DNA of 32,000 nucleotides from Bacillus subtilis subsp. subtilis str. 168. GTDB taxonomy: Bacteria > Bacillota > Bacilli > Bacillales > Bacillaceae. The notes beneath the pieces are model-generated. The model ran no database searches and was not told the origin of the DNA. It was given only the letters and a program-made list of their open reading frames with translations. The stretch is taken from positions 1,830,001 to 1,862,000 of the forward strand of contig NC_000964.3 of NCBI RefSeq assembly GCF_000009045.1, read 5' to 3'. Position 1 is the stretch's first letter. Each line of letters begins with the position of its first letter. Position numbers and translations under genes: made by a program. Of the stretch, positions 19,401 through 23,800 are shown piece after piece.

Positions 19401-20875
19401 CCAAAGCAACTCTTAACGGAGCGCTTCTTATGGCGCCGATATGGGATCGAGTGCAGCTGGAGAAGAGGAGCATTTCGCCTGCTGATGAGCGTGTTGTCAT
19501 CCTCGGAGGGGATGACAACAGCAGAAAAGCTGTTCAAAGGGAGTTTCCGTTTGCCAAGGAGCTGTACATTGAGCCGAACGCATCAATTCATAGAATTACA
19601 GGCCAGCTTGAAGCACTCGGATCGTTTGACCACATCGTGTGGATGTCTCCTTCTCGTGTGACAGAGTGCGAAGTCGGCGATGAAATGATTGAAGCCCAAG
19701 ATCAAGGCGTCATTCAAATGTATAGGCTCATTAAGGCAATGCTTTCTTTAGGCTATGGACAGAAGGAGATAAGCTGGACGATCGTGACGGTGAACACACA
19801 ATATGTTGATCAGCATGATATTGTCGACCCGGTCGATGCCGGGGTGCACGGCCTGATCGGTTCAATGTCAAAAGAATATCCAAATTGGCAGACAAAGCTG
19901 ATCGATGTTAAAAAATACGAAGACCTGCCGTTATCTCAACTCCTTTCCTTGCCTGCCGATCAAGAAGGGAATACGTGGGCCTATCGAAACAAGATTTGGC
20001 ATAAGCTTCGTCTAATTCCAGTACACAACAATCAACCGGTGCACACGAAGTATAAGCACGGAGGTGTTTATGTTGTCATAGGCGGAGCTGGCGGTATTGG
20101 TGAGGCGTGGAGTGAATATATGATCAGAACATATCAGGCGCAGATCGTTTGGATTGGCAGAAGGAAAAAGGATGCAGCCATTCAAAGCAAGCTGGACAGA
20201 TTTGCACGTCTAGGGCGAGCCCCGTATTACATTCAAGCAGATGCGGCTAACCGAGAGGAATTAGAACGCGCGTATGAAACAATGAAACAAACACATCGTG
20301 AAATCAACGGCATCATCCATTCTGCAATTGTCTTACAAGACCGAAGCCTGATGAATATGAGTGAGGAATGTTTCAGAAACGTTCTTGCTGCAAAGGTTGA
20401 TGTAAGCGTGCGAATGGCTCAAGTTTTCCGGCATGAACCACTGGATTTTGTTTTGTTTTTCTCTTCCGTACAATCGTTTGCAAGAGCTTCCGGACAAAGC
20501 AATTACGCTGCGGGTTGCAGTTTTAAGGATGCTTTTGCACAGCGGCTTTCTCAAGTATGGCCTTGTACAGTAGCCGTGATGAATTGGAGTTATTGGGGAA
20601 GCATTGGTGTTGTTTCATCACCGGATTACCAAAAGAGAATGGCTCAGGCAGGCATAGGCTCAATTGAAGCCCCTGAAGCAATGGAAGCTTTGGAATTGCT
20701 GCTCGGGGGACCGCTGAAGCAGCTAGTAATGATGAAAATGGCAAACGAAACGAATGATGAAGCGGAACAGACAGAAGAAACGATTGAAGTGTACCCGGAA
20801 ACTCACGGCTCCGCCATTCAAAAGCTGCGAAGCTATCACCCGGGTGACAACACAAAGATTCAACAACTGTTATAG
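4331..20875 (+). CDS. pksN: Hybrid NRPS/trans-AT PKS PksN: docking-C-A-PCP-KS-DH-KR-ACP-KS-DH-KR-ACP-KS-DH-KR
   Basis: Single 5514-codon ORF. ATG 4331 overlaps pksM by 11 nt (ATGAATCATAA) and has GAAGGGAG upstream (4316-4323). An internal ATG at 4409 would give 5488 aa. Domain motifs run in order as listed separately. Confidence 0.95.
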   Translation: MNHKEILDAFRSGELTISEVEEHLKGMKRQLKSPLSEGQKGLWMLQKMSPGMSAYNIPLCFRFSKPIHAETFKKALLFVQRQYPVLASVIQEENGIPFQSVQLSKDLYFVEEDISAMKSADIMPFLKEKAKEPFQLEAGPLWRTHLFHRLEECIVLITIHHIIFDGVSMLTLISALFEAYQQLLNGIEPLQQPSTADYYDFVDWENRMLTGREGEEHLAYWKEQLSGSLPVLDLPADRPRSSARKFKGQAYKSLLPHHLRNQIKSFARTNHVNESVVFLSIYKVLLHHYTKQKDIIVGVPTMGRQEDRFETLIGYFINMMAVRSKNIGSQPLTAFIRELQLTVAVGLDHAAFPFPALVRELNVDRSAADSPVFQTAFLYQNFFQATGLQKVLEPYQTLGIEYIEDIRQEGEFELALEIYEQENETVLHLLYNPDLYELSSIESMMENYMKLAQHMMEDPSLPLEAYSLQLNQEQTSLLEQWNATGTNIANDKCIHEVFEEKAKQTPDAVAVMFEDRSLTYKEVDEKSTSVAVYLQHQGVRPEQPVGICAERSFDMIIGILGILKAGGAYVPLDPSFPQERLKYMLKDSQASIVLTQPNVHDRISGLTGSHVKAINIELACRNGYTDQQSSGLKREVKPEHLAYIIYTSGSTGEPKGVMVEHRSIMNTLNFLESHYPVTAEDAYLLKTNYVFDVSISELFGWFIGDGRLVILPPNGEKSPQLCMDYIETYKVTHINFVPAMLHVFLEMAKDNKRFTEDGPLKYMMVAGEAFPKVLVKKAVSLFTNCRVENIYGPTEASIYAAYFGCGKGDIASHHTPIGKPVSNTKIYIVDQHLKPVPIGKPGELCIAGAGLARGYFKKPGLTAEKFIDNPFESGTKLYKSGDSARWLPDGNIEYLGRIDSQVKIRGFRVELGAIETKLGEFPGILDQAVVVKQLEGHQQLAAYYTEESGHASANPKDLRLHLKSSLPEYMIPSHFIRLDELPLSPSGKVNRKELEKREIVFNRRKPNHLQLTEIEDQVLRIWEETLKVSGFGPEDGFFDAGGDSLLAVAVAERIKKEFDCEFHVTELFEYSTIRAISEYILEMKNSDLAGTQNEDDHDDKKDGKYPKQKIPPYFDDSVAIVGISCQFPGAKNHHDFWNHIKEGKESIRFFSEEELRANGVPEELIQHPDYVPVQSVIEGKDLFDPGFFQISPKDAEYMDPQLRLLLLHSWKAIEDAGYVAKEIPATSVYMSASSNSYRTLLPKETTEGHESPDGYVSWVLAQSGTIPTMISHKLGLKGPSYFVHSNCSSSLVGLYQAYKSLTSGESQYALVGGATLHAQSAIGYVHQNGLNFSSDGHVKAFDASADGMAGGEGVAVILLKKAVDAVKDGDHIYAIMRGIGINNDGAEKAGFYAPSVKGQTEVIQHVLDTTKIHPETVSYIEAHGTGTKLGDPIEMSALNKVYKQYTDKTQFCGIGSVKTNIGHLDTAAGLAGCIKVAMSLYHNELAPTINCTEPNPDIKFESSPFYVVRERKSLEKHAGVHRAALSSFGLGGTNAHAIFEQYENISDAGAENEGNQPYIIPISAKNSERLQVYAKEMLSYISQDEQRHFSLRDIAYTFQVGREAMDNRIVFIVNDLEEWKHQLEAFVTGKPLAEGCIQGEKTRMTSAEQLLGNAEADDMASSRISKEELRKLAEMWANGFHVEWRRLYPNIKPRRISLPTYPFAEERYWPESSTGAITTIEPSRLHPLVHHNTSVLSEQRFSSIFTGQEYFIAEHIIKGMAILPAAVTLEMARAAIEQGIGGLEDHETGIRLKNVVWVRPVVAGSEPVQVNIGLYDEDGGHIAYRMYGDPESADAEPVVYNQGKAELIQLKREKALDLSKIKKQCDQSKMDAASFYEGMIGADYGPGYKSVEAVYKGDGQLLAKLSLPESVAHTLGDYVLHPSVMDGALQAAEYLQNVVRAELSDTEDFKAALPFALEELEVFRQCVSDMWVYVQFNSKNKPGDLIQKVDIHLCDEHGMICVRLKGFSTRVMEADIQTEPSKINAETLLLQPVWQEQKAANSLAAKKYAEHLVFLCEYDHETRKQIEAAIEDVHVYSLEARPSSVDGRFHSYTEQVFKKVQEIIRTKPKDGILVQIVTSAEGEQQLFSGLTGLLKTACQENAKLTGQMIEVSSEESGESIAGKLLENQMSSDSYVKYQNGTRYIADWREIKQAKGDGSKPWKDNGVYLISGGAGGLGHIFAKEIAEQTKNATVILAGRSPLSESKSKKLKELHSKGADITYRQTDVTNKIEVYQLIDDIQKRYGRLNGILHSAGIIKDSYLVNKQAKDLHDVLAPKVKGLVYLDEASKDLPLDFFILFSSLSGSLGSIGQSDYAAANVFMDMYAGYRNRLADLSQRHGQTLSVNWPLWRDGGMQVDQETEKRLVQLAGIVPMRAEKGIQALYQALHSEANQVMVIEGDVQKIKQNMLAKNASAPMEKKEAEHMTEQINSIDADSLLDKVKAMLKREIAKLLKVKLETIDDHAEMTVYGFDSISMTEFTNHINRAYQLELTPTVFFDHPTIHAFGKHLSEEYQSVFAKTFAVRAVSAQLQPAAKQEQAVRAKAKRRRKQQVMLPNAIQSDAGPEPIAIVGISGIFPMAKDVEAYWNILKEGKDCMTEIPKDRWDWREYEGDPAKEVNKTNVKWGGFIDGIADFDPLFFGISPREAEQMEPQQRLLLTYAWKAIEDAGYSAKRLSGTKTGVFIGTGNTGYSSLLSKANSAIEGSAAANTSPSVGPNRVSYFLNLHGPSEPVDTACSSSLVAIHHAISSIEEGTCDMALAGGVNTIILPEVYISFDKAGALSKEGKCKTFSNQADGFAHGEGAGILFLKKLKAAEEAGDHIYGVIKGSAINHGGRAASLTTPNPKAQADVIQSAYQKAGIDPKTVTYIEAHGTGTELGDPVEINGLKSAFKALGVNEGDTSANPYCGLGSVKTNIGHLSLAAGAAGVIKILLQLKHKTLVKSLHCENVNPYIQLKNSPFYIVRETEEWKALKNEQGEELPRRAGVSSFGIGGVNAHVIIEEYIPEASDENIPSIAPEHPGIFVLSAKNEARLKEHAQQLADALDKQTYSDVNLARIAYTLQAGRDAMEERLGIISGSIEDLQKKLKDFAAEKSGVEDVFKGRIDKGTLQMLTEDEEIQEAVEKWMERGKYAKLLELWVKGLDVDWTKLYGENLPKRISLPTYPFAKDRYWISDHIEKSGSIDANQAASRLGGAVLHPLMHQNTSNLSEQRFSSIYTGEEFFLADHVVKGQRILPGVAHLELARAAVEQAAEVQGVPRIMKLKNAVWVRPIVVEDQPQQVHIRLLPGENGEISYEIYGHSDVTGEQSIVYSQGSAVLNPAENLPAVDLQSLREQCQESHFSVNEVYDTYRMIGFEYGPAYRGVKKIYTAEQFVLAKLSLHPSAADTLSQYKMHPGLMDSALQASSILTGAGDNQLTLPFAVQELEVFGACSSEMWVYARYSQGSKATDKVQKRDMDILDESGNVCVRMKGLSFRAAEGGSGSAESDQTLATLMFEEKWVPKDFKKESPEPHYERHIVMLCDMNGLSKDRIESRMTGAECIVLESFREGLAERFQDYAEQALETVQGLLKSRPQGNVLIQLLTSAQRKQYSFSGLSALLKTAGLENKKLIGQTIEIDSHENVESVIEKLKENKRHTEDQHIKYEKGKRYINDLDEMQIDDREISMPWRDKGVYLITGGAGGLGFIFAKEIARQAEQPVLILTGRSALNADQQAELNELQQLGARAEYRQVDVTQTEAASELITSITSDYEDLNGVIHSAGLIKDNYLMSKTNEELTQVLAPKVKGLVNVDEATEHLALDFFILFSSISSVAGSAGQADYAMANAFMDSYAAYRNALVTAMYRHGQTLSINWPLWKEGGMRANKEIENMTLKNTGVTPMRTETGIQALYKGLAFGKDQVIVMEGFKDMMREKLTQKPSSDDVPMKTVQVRVTSEARMDQGNMFDHIQEVLKQTISQLLKIKPEEIDPDMEFNQYGFDSITLTEFANTLNEKCKLDLTPTVFFEHATVYAFAGYLSEEYPNAFTAQTPAKAEVLMQPVEQNIKNMTFSTENRFVKPSVTPMQKEADHKPEPIAIVGMSGVFPKAKDVEEYWKNLSSGADCITEVPKDRWDWQEYYGDPLKEANKTNVKWGGFIDEVADFDPLFFGISPLEAEQMEPQQRLLMTYAWKAVEEAGHSARSLAGTKTGIFIGTGNTGYSSLLSNVDIEGSAAANMSPSAGPNRVSYFLNIHGPSEPIDTACSSSLVAIHHAVCAIENGNCEMAIAGGVNTVVTPQGHIAYDKAGALSKEGRCKTFSDKADGFAVSEGAGILFLKKLTAAERDGDHIYGVIKGSAVNHGGRANSLTTPNPKAQADVVKTAYEKAGIDPRTVTYIEAHGTGTELGDPVEINGLKAAFKELYEKTGDPAVHGSHCGLGSAKTNIGHLSLAAGVAGVIKVLLQLKHKTLVKSLYSETVNPYIRLDDSPFYIVQESREWQALRDEAGRELPRRAGISSFGIGGVNAHVVIEEYIPKETTHPATAPAVTAQHPGIFILSAKDEDRLKDQARQLADFISKRSITARDLTDIAYTLQEGRDAMEERLGIIAVSTGDLLEKLNLFIEGGTNAKYMYRGRAEKGIAQTLRSDDEVQKTLNNSWEPHIYERLLDLWVKGMEIGWSKLYDGKQPKRISLPTYPFAKERYWITDTKEEAAAHQTALKTVESAALHPLIHVNTSDLSEQRFSSAFTGAEFFFADHKVKGKPVMPGVAYLEMVHAAVTRAVRRTEDQQSVIHIKNVVWVQPIVADGQPVQVDISLNPQQDGEIAFNVYTEAAHNDRKIHCQGSASIRGAGDIPVQDISALQDQCSLSTLSHDQCYELFKAIGIDYGPGFQGIDRLYIGRNQALAELSLPAGVTHTLNEFVLHPSMADSALQASIGLKLNSGDEQLSLPFALQELEIFSPCTNKMWVSVTSRPNEDKIQRLDIDLCDEQGRVCVRIKGITSRLLEEGIQPPDGPTSLGNSKATLNGALLMAPIWDRVQLEKRSISPADERVVILGGDDNSRKAVQREFPFAKELYIEPNASIHRITGQLEALGSFDHIVWMSPSRVTECEVGDEMIEAQDQGVIQMYRLIKAMLSLGYGQKEISWTIVTVNTQYVDQHDIVDPVDAGVHGLIGSMSKEYPNWQTKLIDVKKYEDLPLSQLLSLPADQEGNTWAYRNKIWHKLRLIPVHNNQPVHTKYKHGGVYVVIGGAGGIGEAWSEYMIRTYQAQIVWIGRRKKDAAIQSKLDRFARLGRAPYYIQADAANREELERAYETMKQTHREINGIIHSAIVLQDRSLMNMSEECFRNVLAAKVDVSVRMAQVFRHEPLDFVLFFSSVQSFARASGQSNYAAGCSFKDAFAQRLSQVWPCTVAVMNWSYWGSIGVVSSPDYQKRMAQAGIGSIEAPEAMEALELLLGGPLKQLVMMKMANETNDEAEQTEETIEVYPETHGSAIQKLRSYHPGDNTKIQQLL
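4415..5740 (+). other. NRPS condensation domain (PksN)
   Basis: SPLSEGQKGLWMLQKMSPGMSAYNIPLCFR; HHIIFDG core motif (HHxxxDG) near 4811-4831; IPTMGRQ-like VGVPTMGR. Confidence 0.88.
5812..7340 (+). other. NRPS adenylation domain (PksN), probably alanine-activating from pathway knowledge
   Basis: LTYKEVDEKS, YIIYTSGSTGEPKGV, ENIYGPTEAS, IKIRGFRVELGAIE, LPLSPSGKVNRKEL core motifs. Confidence 0.88.
7376..7585 (+). other. Peptidyl carrier protein domain (PksN)
   Basis: GFGPEDGFFDAGGDSLLAVAVAERI; Ser codon 7460-7462. Confidence 0.92.
7676..8950 (+). other. Ketosynthase 1 of PksN (accepts from the NRPS module)
   Basis: SVAIVGISCQFPGA start; Cys codon 8189-8191 in HSNCSSSLVGLYQ; YIEAHGTGTKLGDPIE; NIGHLDTAAG. 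Confidence 0.9.
9500..10375 (+). other. Dehydratase 1 of PksN
   Basis: HPLVHHNTSVLSEQRFSS; HIIKGMAILP (HxxxGxxxxP); HPSVMDGALQ with Asp codon 10106-10108. Confidence 0.88.
10934..11530 (+). other. Ketoreductase 1 of PksN
   Basis: GVYLISGGAGGLGHIFAKEI; LFSSLSGSLGSIGQSDYAAANVF; NWPLWRDGGM. Confidence 0.88.
11755..11970 (+). other. ACP 1 of PksN
   Basis: MTVYGFDSISMTEFTNHI; Ser codon 11861-11863. Confidence 0.88.
12137..13450 (+). other. Ketosynthase 2 of PksN
   Basis: EPIAIVGISGIFPMA; Cys codon 12647-12649 in DTACSSSL; YIEAHGTGTELGDPVE; NIGHLSLAAG. Confidence 0.92.
14018..14880 (+). other. Dehydratase 2 of PksN
   Basis: HPLMHQNTSNLSEQRFSS; HVVKGQRILPG; HPGLMDSALQ with Asp codon 14630-14632. 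Confidence 0.88.
15440..16035 (+). other. Ketoreductase 2 of PksN
   Basis: GVYLITGGAGGLGFIFAKEI; GSAGQADYAMANAFMDSYA; NWPLWKEGGM. Confidence 0.88.
16259..16475 (+). other. ACP 2 of PksN
   Basis: FNQYGFDSITLTEFANTL; Ser codon 16364-16366. Confidence 0.88.
16637..17950 (+). other. Ketosynthase 3 of PksN
   Basis: EPIAIVGMSGVFPKA; Cys codon 17141-17143 in DTACSSSL; YIEAHGTGTELGDPVE; NIGHLSLAAG. Confidence 0.92.
18521..19370 (+). other. Dehydratase 3 of PksN
   Basis: HPLIHVNTSDLSEQRFSS; HKVKGKPVMPG; HPSMADSALQ with Asp codon 19124-19126. Confidence 0.86.
20057..20630 (+). other. Ketoreductase 3 of PksN (terminal, no ACP follows in PksN)
   Basis: GGVYVVIGGAGGIGEAWSEYM; FFSSVQSFARASGQSNYAAGCSFKDAFAQ; NWSYWGSIG. 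Confidence 0.82.
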
Positions 20876-20889
20876 GAGGGGAAACGCCA

Positions 20890-23800
20890 ATGCTGAACAC
20901 AGAAGACATTCTCTGTAAAATGCTTTTCGCACAATTACAGTCCATAGGGTTTTTCACAGAAAGTAAATCCCAGCCGGTATTGGAGAATTTCTATGGCAGA
21001 TGGTTTGAAGAAAGCCAATCGATTTTAGAACGGCATCAATTTCTCAAGCGAACGGAGAACGGACATGTTCCAACACGCTCAATAGGCACCATGAGCGAGC
21101 TGTGGAAAGAATGGAATGAACAAAAATTTGACCTGCTTCAAGACAATAATATGAAAGCCATGGTGACATTGGTGGAGACAGCACTTAAAGCCTTGCCGGA
21201 GATTCTGACCGGCAAGGCGTCAGCCACCGATATCCTGTTTCCGAATTCATCTATGGATTTAGTAGAAGGGGTCTATAAAAACAATCAAGTCGCAGACTAT
21301 TTTAATGATGTTCTTGCAGATACGTTAACAGCCTATCTGCAAGAACGTCTGAAGCAAGAGCCTGAGGCGAAGATTCGAATATTAGAAATCGGAGCCGGGA
21401 CCGGCGGGACAAGCGCGGCTGTTTTTCAAAAATTGAAAGCATGGCAGACACATATAAAAGAATATTGTTATACAGATCTGTCTAAAGCTTTTTTAATGCA
21501 TGCAGAAAATAAGTATGGTCCTGACAATCCATATTTGACATATAAACGATTTAATGTCGAGGAGCCGGCGTCTGAACAGCATATTGATGCGGGAGGCTAC
21601 GACGCGGTCATCGCGGCAAATGTGCTTCATGCCACAAAAAATATCCGGCAGACATTGCGAAATGCAAAAGCAGTTTTGAAAAAAAACGGGCTGCTCCTTT
21701 TAAATGAAATAAGTAATCATAATATATATTCGCATTTGACGTTCGGCCTTTTAGAGGGCTGGTGGCTGTATGAGGATCCTGATCTCCGCATACCGGGCTG
21801 CCCGGGCCTGTATCCAGACACTTGGAAAATGGTGCTTGAGAGTGAAGGATTTCGCTATGTTTCCTTTATGGCTGAACAATCGCATCAACTCGGCCAGCAG
21901 ATCATTGCCGCTGAAAGTAACGGAGTCGTCCGTCAAAAGAAGAGAACGGAGGCAGAAGAAGATCCAAGCCATATACAAATGAATGCTGAAATCGATCATT
22001 CACAGGAAAGCGATTCTCTCATCGAACAAACGGCACAATTTGTGAAGCATACGCTGGCAAAATCAATCAAACTATCACCAGAACGTATTCACGAAGATAC
22101 GACATTTGAGAAGTATGGAATTGATTCGATTTTGCAGGTGAATTTCATTCGTGAATTAGAAAAAGTGACGGGAGAGCTTCCAAAAACCATTTTATTTGAA
22201 CATAACAACACAAAAGAACTCGTCGAATATTTAGTAAAGGGGCATGAAAATAAGCTTCGGACAGCATTGTTAAAGGAAAAAACGAAGCCTGCAAAAAATG
22301 AAGCTCCACTTCAAACAGAGCGTACAGATCCTAATAAGCCATTTACTTTTCATACACGCCGCTTTGTTACAGAGCAGGAAGTCACGGAAACTCAGCTAGC
22401 AAATACCGAACCACTAAAAATAGAAAAGACAAGTAATTTGCAAGGAACACATTTTAATGATTCTAGTACAGAAGATATCGCAATAATCGGGGTAAGCGGG
22501 CGCTATCCGATGTCTAACAGTTTAGAAGAGCTTTGGGGGCATTTAATCGCCGGAGACAATTGTATTACAGAGGCACCGGAATCCAGATGGCGCACATCTT
22601 TATTGAAAACATTATCAAAAGATCCAAAAAAGCCGGCAAATAAGAAACGCTATGGCGGATTTTTACAAGATATAGAGGCATTTGACCATCAGCTTTTTGA
22701 GGTGGAGCAAAACCGGGTGATGGAAATGACACCGGAACTCCGTTTATGTTTAGAAACCGTCTGGGAAACGTTTGAGGACGGCGGCTATACGCGAACCCGG
22801 CTGGATAAATTGCGGGATGATGACGGAGTAGGTGTTTTTATAGGGAATATGTATAACCAGTATTTTTGGAATATCCCATCTTTAGAGCAGGCAGTCCTCA
22901 GCTCAAATGGGGGAGACTGGCACATTGCAAATCGCGTTTCCCACTTTTTTAACCTGACCGGACCGAGTATCGCTGTCAGCTCAGCATGCTCTAGTTCATT
23001 AAACGCCATACATCTTGCGTGTGAAAGCCTGAAATTGAAAAACTGCTCAATGGCGATTGCTGGAGGTGTCAATTTAACACTCGATCTCTCTAAATATGAT
23101 TCTTTGGAGCGTGCCAATCTGCTGGGAAGCGGCAATCAAAGCAAAAGTTTTGGCACCGGAAACGGGCTTATTCCCGGGGAAGGCGTCGGAGCTGTCCTGT
23201 TAAAACCACTTTCGAAGGCGATGGAAGATCAGGATCATATTTACGCTGTGATCAAAAGCAGTTTTGCTAACCATAGCGGCGGAAGACAGATGTATACAGC
23301 TCCGGACCCGAAGCAGCAAGCAAAGTTAATTGTCAAGTCGATTCAGCAGTCGGGCATTGATCCAGAGACTATCGGCTATATTGAATCGGCGGCAAATGGT
23401 TCGGCGCTGGGCGATCCTATTGAAGTAATTGCCTTAACAAACGCGTTTCAACAATATACAAACAAGAAACAGTTTTGTGCGATAGGCTCTGTCAAATCCA
23501 ATCTGGGGCATTTAGAGGCGGCTTCCGGTATTTCTCAGCTGACAAAAGTGCTGCTGCAGATGAAGAAAGGGACGCTGGTGCCGACAATTAACGCGATGCC
23601 TGTCAATCCAAATATTAAGCTGGAACACACGGCTTTCTATCTTCAGGAACAAACAGAGCCATGGCATCGCTTGAATGATCCTGAAACTGGAAAACAATTG
23701 CCGCGCAGAAGCATGATCAATTCCTTCGGAGCGGGGGGAGCCTATGCCAATCTTATTATAGAAGAATATATGGAGACGGCCCCTGAGAAAGAACATATCG

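Noticed and set aside
20523-20957. 144-aa minus-strand ORF spanning the pksN/pksR junction
   Set aside because: Overlaps KR3 coding and the pksR start; no recognisable family.
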